Below are positions 1 through 9,712 of a DNA stretch of 64,000 nt, piece after piece. Source of the DNA: Candidatus Aenigmatarchaeota archaeon. Its GTDB lineage: Archaea; Aenigmatarchaeota; Aenigmatarchaeia; PWEA01; JACQIF01. Every line of letters begins with the position of its first letter. The stretch's first letter is position 1. The stretch is taken from assembly GCA_016432325.1 (NCBI GenBank), contig CP066684.1:768001-832000 (forward strand), written 5' to 3'. The translations under genes and the position numbers were made by a program. Under the pieces are notes generated by a model, which searched no databases, was not told the DNA's origin, and saw nothing but the letters and a program-made list of their open reading frames with translations.

Positions 1-1391
1 AAATAAGCGTTTACGGTTCTTGCCTGATCCTCAGGACCAAATTCATACGGACCGCCTTCCAGTACATCTTCCTCGCTTCCCATCCACGCGACAGAGCTGA
101 TGTTGTAGAAGGTGGCTCCTCTCCACGTCTCTTTCACGTTGAAGTATGTCGTTCTTACCAAGACGGGCTTGTCGAATTCGTCATAGAGCACCTTTGTTCC
201 GTCGAGCATCTTCCCCGCACCTTCCTCCAACTCGGCGTCCGTGGGACTGTCTTCCAACGAAATGGAATGGTCAATTGCTATGTAAAAGTAGTCTAGTTCG
301 TCGGCCCATGTTATGTATTCCGCGGAAGGAACGACGCCGTAACCTTGGAAGCTCCAGACCATCTGCCCCACATCTCCGGAGAAGTTCTTCTTTATCGCCT
401 GGAATATTCTTCTCCAGCGCTCATCCTTGTCGGCACCCTGATAGTCGTTTCCAACGGCATAGTGAATCGAGTCGACGCCCGTTTCCTCTGCAACGATTGC
501 CATGCGAACCAAATAGCCCTCGACCTCGGAGAAATACGCGTCCCACCACTCGTCGCTCCTGTTCCTGAAATCCAGCGTTTCGCAGCACGTCTGGGGACCG
601 AGCATTACCTTGAGTCCTTGGCTTTTGTAGGCCAGAATCTCTTCCTTCAGCTTTTCTTCATTCGGATAGTTTGGATTCTCGCCAACGTTGTTCACCACCT
701 TCGGCAGGCCGTCTACCATAGTCAGCTGTTCCGCGGGATCAATCTCGACCCATCCGTAGCCGTTGTTTTTCAGGTGCGCCGCTGTCGAGCCGAAGAAATC
801 GTCGAACGCGGGAACGTAGAAGTCCTCGATAACCTGCCCGGACCTGAACTCAATTCCGTTAATCCGCGGCGAGAAGGTCCCTTCAGGCTCTATCGGAGAC
901 GTCTTTACTATCTCCGTTCCCGCGGCAGGGAACCATCTCCATCTTCCCACAGCGTCCTTCTGAACCTTGCCGTTCTCGAATTTGGTCTCTCTGCCCTGCC
1001 TCGTCCAGAAGTAGTCGTTTGTGTCGGGTTCGAGATACTCTGCCGTATGATAGTCGTACCCGTTCCTGCCGTACCTGTACCTGACGTTGCCGTTTTCTGC
1101 AAGGGTTTCCAGTTCGTTGATAGAAACGTTATGGCCGTATGTGGAGACTCCGATTTTGTCCATCTTGTAGCCCTTCTGGTTGTGAAGGTAAATCCAGACA
1201 GTGTCTCCGTCCAACGTGTTCGAAGGTACATCGACCTCGAACGTCATGACCGCATTTTCACGCAACGCGCTTTCTTGGGCATTCGCTCTTTCTATTTCAG
1301 CCGTATATTCGGGGTCGATGCTGAGATTCTTCAAAAAGAAAAGTCCCAGAATTACTATTACAACCGCTCCTGCAACAACTCGACTCTTCAT
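1..1391 (-). CDS. Membrane-anchored glycoside hydrolase-like protein (N-terminal CBM20-like beta domain + GH113/GH5-like TIM barrel); runs off the window start; absent from the ORF track
   Basis: Manual translation from ATG 1391: MKSRVVAGAVVIVILGLFF..., TFEVDVPSNT, YRYGRNG, GLKVMLGP, WWDAYF, FDKPVLV; open to the window edge. Confidence 0.6.
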   Translation of the reverse strand, partial: MKSRVVAGAVVIVILGLFFLKNLSIDPEYTAEIERANAQESALRENAVMTFEVDVPSNTLDGDTVWIYLHNQKGYKMDKIGVSTYGHNVSINELETLAENGNVRYRYGRNGYDYHTAEYLEPDTNDYFWTRQGRETKFENGKVQKDAVGRWRWFPAAGTEIVKTSPIEPEGTFSPRINGIEFRSGQVIEDFYVPAFDDFFGSTAAHLKNNGYGWVEIDPAEQLTMVDGLPKVVNNVGENPNYPNEEKLKEEILAYKSQGLKVMLGPQTCCETLDFRNRSDEWWDAYFSEVEGYLVRMAIVAEETGVDSIHYAVGNDYQGADKDERWRRIFQAIKKNFSGDVGQMVWSFQGYGVVPSAEYITWADELDYFYIAIDHSISLEDSPTDAELEEGAGKMLDGTKVLYDEFDKPVLVRTTYFNVKETWRGATFYNISSVAWMGSEEDVLEGGPYEFGPEDQARTVNAY

Positions 1392-1449
1392 GCGATTAGT
1401 AGGAATATCACTATAAAATACCTTTATTAAGAGTCCGTCCATCTAACCT

Positions 1450-2259
1450 ATGAAACAGTTCGTTCTGCTGTTGGTCATTGTTTTCGTGGCCGGTTGCATC
1501 GGCGGAGAACCGTACACCGAATCCATCGCCGTTCCGGATCATGGCGGGATGGCGGCGGCCAACGAATCCGTTTCCATTGAAACTCACTCAGGGGAAGCCA
1601 TCGTTCGCTGGGAATATGACAGAGAAGCGTCCGAGTGGAAACCCCGCGGAGACCCTCCGGAATGCCCGGCAGTCGTGATGCAGACGCCCGTCGATATCGA
1701 TATTGCGACGTCGATCCTTTATCCTGGCCAAGAGCGGACCGGCGACTACAAGCCCCACGGCGGCTTCCGTTTTGACAACTCCGACAACGCCATAGAGGTT
1801 CGCGCGCCGTTTGACGGGTACATGTTCAGGGGCAGCCGCTCTCTCTCAAACGGCGAGATACAGTACAGTTTGGACGTGGTCCATCCGTGCGGGATCGTGT
1901 ACAGGTTAGGTCACATTCTTGAGCTGCCGCCCAAATGGGCCGCTGTGGCTGAGAAGTTCCGCGAGCCGACGGAAGGCGACACGCGGACCACGGAAGTCGA
2001 ACCGGTTCGCGTCGAAACCGGAGAGGTTCTGGCCACGAAGGTCGGTTTGGAGAACAACGTCTTCGTCGATTGGGGAGTTTACGATCTGCGTCAGAGGAAC
2101 GAGGCTTCGCAAGACCCCGCGTGGGCAGCCGAGCGCGGAGGCGAGCACGCGTCTTACGCGCTTTGCTGGTTCGAACTCCTGCCGCCAGATGACGAGCAGG
2201 CCGTCAGGGCGCTTCCGCCTGCCGACGGCACGATGGGCACGACGAGCGACTACTGTTAA
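1450..2259 (+). CDS. Lipoprotein with M23-peptidase-like fold (degenerate Zn motifs)
   Basis: Lipobox FVAGC; PHGGFRF, VRAPFDG, YRLGHI, VETGEVLA. Confidence 0.55.
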   Translation: MKQFVLLLVIVFVAGCIGGEPYTESIAVPDHGGMAAANESVSIETHSGEAIVRWEYDREASEWKPRGDPPECPAVVMQTPVDIDIATSILYPGQERTGDYKPHGGFRFDNSDNAIEVRAPFDGYMFRGSRSLSNGEIQYSLDVVHPCGIVYRLGHILELPPKWAAVAEKFREPTEGDTRTTEVEPVRVETGEVLATKVGLENNVFVDWGVYDLRQRNEASQDPAWAAERGGEHASYALCWFELLPPDDEQAVRALPPADGTMGTTSDYC

Positions 2260-2292
2260 GCGCCCTCAACTTTTTGGTAGTAAGAGTCTTGC

Positions 2293-4068
2293 CTATCCTT
2301 TGAAAATACGTTGTGCATTCTCGTAGGCGTACTTCTCCTGCACGGCCGGATTGAGACGCCCGATGAATGCGCGCGTGTAGTTGTTCAGCGTCAGCGCAAC
2401 TTCGGGATCCAGAGACCATGGAGAGCTCCAGCCGCGGTCCGTGTCCCACAGAACCTGGTTCGGATGGCGCTCGGTGAAGCCTTTCCACGTGCCGAGGTCC
2501 TTCTCAAGAAGCGGTTCGTAGTCCGCAAAGTGCGCCAGGAACTCCTCCTTGCTGACCTCCGGACGCATCAGGAACTCGTCCCCGTAAAGCTCGTCCACTC
2601 CGTAGTAGACGTTGGGATGATTGTCCAGTATCTCCTCGATGTGCTCAAGGTTCTGGACGCCGTTCTCGTAGGGAATCAGCTGGTCTCCGTGAAAAATGAA
2701 CGTTATGTCCGGGTTCGCGCTTAGAACGTTCTCGTACGCCTCCTGCTGGCCTTCGCCCAGATGGAAGTAGACGACAAGCCCGTGCTCGCGCACGACGGGG
2801 TATATTTCCATAAGTCTTTGAGAGTCCGGCGGAAGCGCAGCAGCGCCGCCTTGGCGCGCGTAAAGCCCTATCTCGCCGTAGCCTTCGAAAAGTCCCGGCT
2901 CGACGTCTAACATCTCTTCCAGCGTTTCGGCATCGACTGTCGGGTAGCCGTCAGGACTTCCGTCATCGTCCGGCGGCATTATGAAAAGGATGAAACGATC
3001 GGGATATTCTTCGGTTGTTTTCCTAACGACCTCAACCTGCTGCTCTATTATAGGTTCCCATACAGGGAAGAATCCTATCGCCTTCTCTGTGCCCTCGACG
3101 TCGAGCGCGCATACGATGGTGTCCATTCCCATGTTGACTCCAAGCGTCGGAACGTCGCCCGCGTCCAGCTCGTCGCCAGGCCCGCCGTCGGGCAACGAGG
3201 CGATGTGCATGTGCGTGTCAAACATAGGACCTTTGTAGTAGCCGTCGGGCAGTCCGTTAGGGTCTCTTGGTGCTGGACAATCGACAGGCTCGAACGCCGC
3301 GTCTATTCGTTCGTTCCAATAGAGCTGCTCTGACGACAGCTCCTCTGTTGCTGAGGCGCCCTCCGTTATGTCAACGAGTTCGGTTCGTTGCCCATCCTCC
3401 AACGCGACTTCCAGAACGACCCAGCCTGCGTCAGGGCAGTAGTACTTGTGCGTGTCCGAGCCCGTTTCCAGAGGGGTCCAGTCCCTGGTTTTCAGGCAAC
3501 CAGCGAACGTGCCCGAGCGCATCGTGACCGTTTCGTCCAGCGCGAGCACCTCGCCCATATCCTCCGCAACGCCCGCGTAATACTCCTGCCTGTACGAGTC
3601 ACCGACGCGCGGGTCGGCCTTCATGATTATTCCGGGTTGCGCGTCGTCGACACCCGCCTCCCATGAACCTTCCGTGTTCACGACGGAACCGTCTTCCAGC
3701 TCTTTCGAATCCTCGCCGAAGTACCAGACGTTGCCTTCCGCGTCTTGCGCGTACCAGTCTTTCGTGTCTTCGATTAGTTCGCCGTCGAGCCAGACGCGGT
3801 CCCAAACCACGCGCGCTGTCACGCCCATCACGACGCGCGTCTCGTTGGTTACGTAAACTTCGATGCGTTCAAGGCCGTCTTCCGTATCGCTCTCGTATAC
3901 GAAATTGTTTCCGGGCACAGCAGTGAAATAGCGGTTCGTGATGTCCGATACGAAATCGGAGGGCTCGATGAGAGGGGCGTAGCCTGCGGTTTTCGAATCT
4001 CCCGTTTCAGCCGCCCCGAGGCAGCCGCCGATGAGGATAACAACGACGAGTAACAATGGCGATCTCAT
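2293..4068 (-). CDS. Lipoprotein: N-terminal uncharacterised beta domain fused to an amidohydrolase_2-type TIM barrel
   Basis: Lipobox IGGC; DTHMH, GYGEIG, VYFHLG, IFHG, LWDTD, YENAQRIF. Confidence 0.65.
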   Translation of the reverse strand: MRSPLLLVVVILIGGCLGAAETGDSKTAGYAPLIEPSDFVSDITNRYFTAVPGNNFVYESDTEDGLERIEVYVTNETRVVMGVTARVVWDRVWLDGELIEDTKDWYAQDAEGNVWYFGEDSKELEDGSVVNTEGSWEAGVDDAQPGIIMKADPRVGDSYRQEYYAGVAEDMGEVLALDETVTMRSGTFAGCLKTRDWTPLETGSDTHKYYCPDAGWVVLEVALEDGQRTELVDITEGASATEELSSEQLYWNERIDAAFEPVDCPAPRDPNGLPDGYYKGPMFDTHMHIASLPDGGPGDELDAGDVPTLGVNMGMDTIVCALDVEGTEKAIGFFPVWEPIIEQQVEVVRKTTEEYPDRFILFIMPPDDDGSPDGYPTVDAETLEEMLDVEPGLFEGYGEIGLYARQGGAAALPPDSQRLMEIYPVVREHGLVVYFHLGEGQQEAYENVLSANPDITFIFHGDQLIPYENGVQNLEHIEEILDNHPNVYYGVDELYGDEFLMRPEVSKEEFLAHFADYEPLLEKDLGTWKGFTERHPNQVLWDTDRGWSSPWSLDPEVALTLNNYTRAFIGRLNPAVQEKYAYENAQRIFKG

Positions 4069-4098
4069 GACCAAACATTCGCGACCCCGTATAAATGC

Positions 4099-5487
4099 CT
4101 ATCCCAGAACCCGTTCGTGCGTCACGCATCCCGGCGACGCCTCGTTGTCATAGATGCTTTTGTCGCCGCGATACTCTTCCCACGATTCGTAGAGTGCTAG
4201 TATTTTCGCTTCAACATCTGCCTTGATGGAATCGTCCATGTACGCGAACGGGCACAGATGTTCGGGTTGGGCGCCGCCGTGCAGGATGCCTATCTCCACG
4301 AGGCCCAGACCGTCGTAATTATCCTTGTCATGCGGGCTTACATCGGCGATTATCTGGCCCGCGGTGACGCGGTCGCCTGGGCTGACGCGCACGTTGGTGA
4401 CGTGCTCGGTTTCGTAGATCCATTGGCTTCCTTCGTTCGCGGCCACGTGCACGGAGTAGTCGCCGCTGTACAGCTCGGGAACGCCCACCACGACGCCGTC
4501 GACGAGCGAACGCACGCGCGTGCCCATGGGGACGCGGAACGTCGGCTGCGGGCTCACCTTGTCATCGCCTGTCGAAGTCACGCTGCCGGAAATAATGTAG
4601 CCGTACGGCGAGAAGAGCTGGTTGATGGTCATCTCGGCCTTGGTGAATTGGAAGTCGCCCGCGCGATTCGTTTTTGAATCGTAATAGTCGAGGTCGACGC
4701 CGATTGATTTCAGTTTCAATGGAGGTTCGTTGGCGTTTATTGGGGACTCCTGTTGCTTGCGTACTCTCGCATCCGTGCCTAACTCGTAACAAAGCCTCGG
4801 TCCGTTAGGGTATTCGGCTTCGTCGAGCAGTCCTTTGTACTCGTAATAGCCTTCCGACTCCGATGTCTCCCACAGCTTGACGAACGCCGGGTCAGCGCGC
4901 AACTCTTCGAACTTGTCTTCGAGGGCTCGTTGAGCACCCGGTTCCACCAGCGATACCCAACAAGCGGCATCCTTGTAAAACGCGTAATCGTTGAACGCGT
5001 ACTCCAGACCAAGGTGGTTGTTGCCGAACATTATCGCGCTTTCGCCTATCTTCTCGCCCTTTTTCACGCTGCTGCCAACGTCCAGTTCTCCGAGCAGTTC
5101 TATATGCTCGTACTTGAAGATCCACCCTTCTCCGTCTGCGACCGGAGCTATCAGGATGTCAACCACGGTCCCGCCTTGCCCGTCTTCTTTCTCGTTGTAG
5201 ATTATCTCTCCGTCTGCTACGGCGTAAATGGGATCTCCTTTATGGATTGTGAAGTCGATTCCTCCGTGTCCGATGCCGCCGTCTTTTGAGCCCCGGATAA
5301 CGCCGAAAGGGCTAATCATCTCTCCCGCATGCAAATCTTCTACATCGAAGGGCAAAGCCAGGCCGGTCGGTACTTTTTGAGCGTTCCCACCAGCCGCAAT
5401 ATAATCAGACGTCTCTCCCTGGCGCTCGCCGGCAACGCAGCCAGACACGAAGAGCAGAACGACGAACAAGACGTATTGTCTGTCCAT
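4099..5487 (-). CDS. Lipoprotein with two tandem M23-like domains
   Basis: Start MDRQY at 5487 (TGATG overlap with upstream gene); lipobox VSGC; HGGID, IYAVADG, YEH, VKKGEKIG; second repeat VRSLVDG, TEHV, VSPGDRVTAGQII. Confidence 0.65.
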   Translation of the reverse strand: MDRQYVLFVVLLFVSGCVAGERQGETSDYIAAGGNAQKVPTGLALPFDVEDLHAGEMISPFGVIRGSKDGGIGHGGIDFTIHKGDPIYAVADGEIIYNEKEDGQGGTVVDILIAPVADGEGWIFKYEHIELLGELDVGSSVKKGEKIGESAIMFGNNHLGLEYAFNDYAFYKDAACWVSLVEPGAQRALEDKFEELRADPAFVKLWETSESEGYYEYKGLLDEAEYPNGPRLCYELGTDARVRKQQESPINANEPPLKLKSIGVDLDYYDSKTNRAGDFQFTKAEMTINQLFSPYGYIISGSVTSTGDDKVSPQPTFRVPMGTRVRSLVDGVVVGVPELYSGDYSVHVAANEGSQWIYETEHVTNVRVSPGDRVTAGQIIADVSPHDKDNYDGLGLVEIGILHGGAQPEHLCPFAYMDDSIKADVEAKILALYESWEEYRGDKSIYDNEASPGCVTHERVLG

Positions 5488-6869
5488 CAACTCTGCCTCA
5501 GGGCACCGTTTATTTTTTCCAGATCCAATACTTTCTGCCAAGTCTTTCCGGAATCCGGCGATTTCCAGACATGGGCATCCGTACCGCTCATGTATATTGT
5601 GCCCGCGTCGTTGGGGTCCCATACGATATTTGAAATGCGCACGTTGGTGTTGTCTATCTCGTCCGGCTGAGCGACAGGCTGCCAGGTTCTTCCCGCGTCG
5701 TAGCTTTCCACAAGATCGCCGTCGGCGTACCAAGGCGAGTAGCCTATTATGTGGTCGCCCTCAGAATCGTGCGGGTCGTAACGTCCAACCCAGACGAATA
5801 CCGGAGTTTGTTCGAATGTGTCTCCTCTGTCCATGGATACAAAGCTTTTCTGTTCCGCATCGCTTGGGAATTTGTCACCAAAGAGGAAAGGCCTTACAAA
5901 GACATGGTCGAAATTTTGCTCTGCAACATCGGCGTCAAAAACGTTTTGGTAAGGGCTCGGCAGCTTTGCGGCCAGTGCCGTCCACGTGCGACCGCCGTCC
6001 ACGGAGCGCATGGGCCCGAACTGCTCGTACGTGAATATCTCTTCGATGTAATCCGGGTGATAGACGTGGGAGTGCGACTGGGTCATCAGCATAATCTCCT
6101 GAGAGCTTTCGCCCACGAAGATCGCCGTTGCCTGCAGGCCGGGCAGCATGCCGCTGTCGACTTCTGCCCACGTCTGTCCCCCGTCAGCCGTCCTGTACAT
6201 AGGCCCTTTCTCGTTGATGACTTCTTTGTGAGGCGCCTCATTGAACGTGGCGGGATCCGAGTTCACGCCGTAGTATATTACCATTGGGTCGTTGGGGTCA
6301 AGTGCAATCGCTCCGGTGCCTCCGGCATTCATGTCGCCATGCACGATCTGGTGCCACGACTTGCCTCCGTCAAGTGTCTCCCAGATGCCCGCCGTTTCGG
6401 AATAAGACCAGTCTATCGGGCCGGTGGAAACATCCGCCGGGGCCAGCAAAAGCCGTTGGCTGTTGGCGGGATCCATGACCATTCCGGCCATGTCCGGATA
6501 GCACTTTTGCGTCAGGTCCTTGTTGTCCGGATATGCAAGAATGCCGTTCGAACTCGGTTTCCACGTCGCGCCTGCGTCGGTTGACTTGAAGATGCCTTTC
6601 CCCTCGACGCCCACGTATAGCACGCGCCCGGAAGGATCGATAACCAGGCTGTTTCTGGTATCGTAAGTATTTTCGAAGCTGCAGTCGATGCCGCCGGCTC
6701 GTAACGTTTGCTTGTGGGAAGCCAGAGGATCGTCGGAATGGACCGTTTCCCCGACGGTTTCGTTTTCCGGTGCCTCTGCGCCGGCTTCGCCTTCGATTTC
6801 CTGCGTTTCGTTCGGCGCAGAAACACAGCCGCTGATAAGAACTATGAGAATGACAAGAGCCAACTTCAT
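5487..6869 (-). CDS. Lipoprotein with BNR/Asp-box beta-propeller (VPS10/GH74-like)
   Basis: Lipobox ISGC; repeated S/T-x-D-x-G-x-T/S-W boxes (STDAGATW, TLDGGKSW, TADGGQTW, SVDGGRTW, SYDAGRTW, SPDSGKTW). Confidence 0.8.
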   Translation of the reverse strand: MKLALVILIVLISGCVSAPNETQEIEGEAGAEAPENETVGETVHSDDPLASHKQTLRAGGIDCSFENTYDTRNSLVIDPSGRVLYVGVEGKGIFKSTDAGATWKPSSNGILAYPDNKDLTQKCYPDMAGMVMDPANSQRLLLAPADVSTGPIDWSYSETAGIWETLDGGKSWHQIVHGDMNAGGTGAIALDPNDPMVIYYGVNSDPATFNEAPHKEVINEKGPMYRTADGGQTWAEVDSGMLPGLQATAIFVGESSQEIMLMTQSHSHVYHPDYIEEIFTYEQFGPMRSVDGGRTWTALAAKLPSPYQNVFDADVAEQNFDHVFVRPFLFGDKFPSDAEQKSFVSMDRGDTFEQTPVFVWVGRYDPHDSEGDHIIGYSPWYADGDLVESYDAGRTWQPVAQPDEIDNTNVRISNIVWDPNDAGTIYMSGTDAHVWKSPDSGKTWQKVLDLEKINGALRQS

Positions 6870-6911
6870 ACGGAAAAATATCCCCCGGAGTATAAATCCG
6901 CGGTTCGCAGG

Positions 6912-7532
6912 TCAATGGCCTTCCGGATCATCACCGGACGAATCCGGCGCGGTGCGCGTCAGTTTCTTTTTCACAACAGCGGTTCCTCCCGCCTTGTACG
7001 TCAGGTCGATACTAACGGACTGCTCCCCGCTTACGTCGCCGAACCTGTAATGGTAGTGCACCTTGCCTTTCTGGCCCGGCTCAAGCACGAGCGGCTCGCC
7101 TTTGTAATAATCGGGGTGCATGTTGACGTAGTCGATCCTCTCCCAGCTCTGTCGAGAAGGAAACGCCTCCCACGTGCCGCTGTACTGTTCGTATGTGCGC
7201 CCGCCGGCAGTAAACGTCATCTCCACAGACACGATGGATACGCGCTCCCCTCCTTCGTTATAAATGAGCATCTCCGACTCGTCGCCTTTCAGCGAATACG
7301 TCGAGGGCCAGTAGTGCTCCATGGAAACGCCGTCTTTTGAAAAGAAAATCTGTTCGGTTTGGACTGGCGAGCTCTCTTCCCTAACTTCTGTGCCTGACCC
7401 GTTTGTCGAGACATCCACCGACGCGGGGTCGTCTACTGCAGGAGCATTCTCATCCGCGTACCCGTTAGGCGTTCCACCAGAGACACATCCCGCAACGAGG
7501 ACAACCAGCACGAATGTTGCAACCATTTTCAT
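6912..7532 (-). CDS. Hypothetical lipoprotein, Ig-like beta domain
   Basis: Lipobox VAGC; beta-strand-rich C-terminal half. Confidence 0.6.
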   Translation of the reverse strand: MKMVATFVLVVLVAGCVSGGTPNGYADENAPAVDDPASVDVSTNGSGTEVREESSPVQTEQIFFSKDGVSMEHYWPSTYSLKGDESEMLIYNEGGERVSIVSVEMTFTAGGRTYEQYSGTWEAFPSRQSWERIDYVNMHPDYYKGEPLVLEPGQKGKVHYHYRFGDVSGEQSVSIDLTYKAGGTAVVKKKLTRTAPDSSGDDPEGH

Positions 7533-7538
7533 ATGTCA

Positions 7539-8654
7539 CTACCTGTAGTAGGTTTTTGAAGATGCGGGCAGAGCCGATGGGCAGGATCCAGAATCGCTAT
7601 ATGCGAACTTCATCTCTGTGGCAGAGACAACCTTGAAGAACGCGTATCCCCCGTCCGTCCTGTAGCAATGTTCGCTTGTTATCTTGGCCGGGTCCTTGTT
7701 CGTGGGTTCGTCGGCTTGAATATCCAAGCGCCGGTTATCGACCTGATGGACAACGGTTTCTCCGGCAGAGTTCCTGAAAACCGACAGCGGGCTCGCGTAG
7801 ATCCCGTCCAGTTCTTCGCGCAACCCCGTTTCCGCATCGGGCGAGAAGTGCCACATACCGGAGAGCGTTCCTGAGACGTCTCTGGAAGCGGTCCCGCATG
7901 TCTGCGACTGCCCGGCGCGGCTGTAACCCATGAGGTCCATGTACTCGCGTTTTAAGTCTTCTGGGTAGAAATCAAACGGACAGCGCGCCGTTAGCAGACG
8001 CCTGCCCGCCTCATCCTTCGTTAATCTTTCCCTATTGGCGAAATTGTTTTCTTGCGTCGCGTCGGTAAGGTAGATGTTCCAGTTGTGCGCCAGCGAAGTG
8101 CCGCTGGTGTAGGCGACAACTTCGCCCGCTTTGACCGCGAGAGGTTTCGTTAGGAACTGGTCACGCGAGTCGCTGCTGGGAGTTCTTGTCGTAGCGTCCA
8201 TTACCCCATCGCTGGCGCGCGTTATGTGGTCGTATTTGAGCACCACGTCGGGAGAAACCCTGAAGTGAAGAACCCAACCTTTCTCTCCTCCAGAGCTCCA
8301 GTAAGCGTATCGTTCGAGAATCATATCTGTCGGCGCACGCACCTCGATTTCGTTGTTGTTCGCGTACGCCTCTGGCTTGAGATTGACCATAACGCCGCCA
8401 ATGGTCTGCGCCTCCGAATAGCCTCCGTTGAGTTCACCCAACGGCGTGATGTGGCTGGCGAAATCGGGGTCGAATATCTCGTGCGTGAAGACGAGCGGTG
8501 CTTCGAGAGCGTTTTGCGAAACCTCTTCCACAACATTGGAAACGTCCGAACTGTTTTCCGGTCGCTCCGGTTCCGATTCTCCCCATTGTCTGGTTTCACC
8601 GGAAAGGCAACCAGAGACAAGAACAGCGGCGAGCAGAATGGCTACCATTTTCAT
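7539..8654 (-). CDS. Lipoprotein with degenerate M23-like fold
   Basis: Lipobox VSGC; EVRAPTD, KYDHI, VKAGEVVAY; ARCPFDF resembles CPF/CW motifs in neighbouring paralogues. Confidence 0.5.
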   Translation of the reverse strand: MKMVAILLAAVLVSGCLSGETRQWGESEPERPENSSDVSNVVEEVSQNALEAPLVFTHEIFDPDFASHITPLGELNGGYSEAQTIGGVMVNLKPEAYANNNEIEVRAPTDMILERYAYWSSGGEKGWVLHFRVSPDVVLKYDHITRASDGVMDATTRTPSSDSRDQFLTKPLAVKAGEVVAYTSGTSLAHNWNIYLTDATQENNFANRERLTKDEAGRRLLTARCPFDFYPEDLKREYMDLMGYSRAGQSQTCGTASRDVSGTLSGMWHFSPDAETGLREELDGIYASPLSVFRNSAGETVVHQVDNRRLDIQADEPTNKDPAKITSEHCYRTDGGYAFFKVVSATEMKFAYSDSGSCPSALPASSKTYYR

Positions 8655-8728
8655 AGACCGTTGACGTGAAGCCCTGAAGATAAGCTTGCGGCGCCCGCTT
8701 TAACAGAGGTAATACCGAACAGTGTGTT

Positions 8729-8743
8729 ATGGAGCCCCGGGTG
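8729..8743 (+). repeat. Distal att site ATGGAGCCCCGGGTG (copy of the tRNA-Thr 3' end)
   Basis: Identical to 16208-16222. Confidence 0.85.
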
Positions 8744-8834
8744 AGGCGCCCACCCAGAATGTGGAACCTTTACTATGTCACTAAAATCCGACACTGATTA
8801 TTGTATGTGTTTGTATTTATAGATTATCGGTGGA

Positions 8835-9212
8835 ATGAGATACATGGACGTCAAAATCACGACATCGGAGAAAGTTGTCATCGCAAGCGGGGCTTTCATC
8901 ACATTCAACGAGAAACCTAGCGTGGTTTCTATGACTCACGAAGGCGAAACGTTGAATCTAGAATTATATTTCATACACGACGATGACACAAAAGAACGCC
9001 GTGTTGAGTACAAACCAAATGAACAGAAGACCGCTCTAATCGTGAAATTGTTCAACTTCAGTAGTGGTCTTGGGACCAGTTTCGGAAAGCCCATTGAAAT
9101 AGGAACAATAAACGAGAAACCAATATACTTGCAGCTCCATGTAAAATCTCTTTCTAAAGCGACGAAGGAGGTTACATACACATTCTACAAAGGTGGTGCG
9201 AATGCCAGCTAG
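8835..9212 (+). CDS. DUF6864-like beta-rich protein
   Basis: VIASG..., LFNFSSGLG, PIEIGTIN, YTFY C-terminus recalled as DUF6864-like. Confidence 0.55.
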   Translation: MRYMDVKITTSEKVVIASGAFITFNEKPSVVSMTHEGETLNLELYFIHDDDTKERRVEYKPNEQKTALIVKLFNFSSGLGTSFGKPIEIGTINEKPIYLQLHVKSLSKATKEVTYTFYKGGANAS

Positions 9213-9468
9213 GGAGTCTCGCGAATATCTTAGTGGTAGCCCCGAAATAGTAGATGCACAATTCAAGTATGATCTAGAGAAACACAGGATTAGCGCCTCC
9301 ACAGGAATAGAGAAACAAAGAATCGGAGTCAGTGCCATTATTGCAATTCTACTGACCATGGGGATATTTTTGATTTACTTCACGGACGTCCCTGATGGTG
9401 TTGCAGATAAGCTTCTTGTGGTTCTTACTACCATAATTGGTTTCTTGGTTGGTCAGAGCAAAGGTTAA
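9202..9468 (+). CDS. Small two-TM membrane protein coupled to the DUF6864-like gene
   Basis: Overlaps the upstream stop; two hydrophobic helices ending IIGFLVG. Confidence 0.6.
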   Translation: MPARESREYLSGSPEIVDAQFKYDLEKHRISASTGIEKQRIGVSAIIAILLTMGIFLIYFTDVPDGVADKLLVVLTTIIGFLVGQSKG

Positions 9469-9712
9469 CTTGACATTCTTTGCTCACGTGCTGACATTAT
9501 TCGACATTCAACGAAGAGAGATGTAAATATATCTGGTTAGAAAGAATGCCCGTGCGGGGCACGGAACGCGGTACAGAAAAATTATGTACCGACAACCAAA
9601 GGCCGTCGAACAAATAGCTTTTGTATTGTTGGTATATAAAGTTTTTGACTCGCTTCACCTTCCAATAAAATCTATTGGCTGCGGAAGTGTCCTGCACGGA
9701 GCAGTGGTAGCT

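Noticed and set aside
345-1430. 361-aa plus-strand ORF
   Set aside because: Antisense shadow of the real minus-strand gene (1-1391), which has a signal anchor and GH-like motifs.
9542-9590. KECPCGARN reading resembling the integrase Zn ribbon
   Set aside because: Too short, preceded by a stop, no start codon; may be chance.
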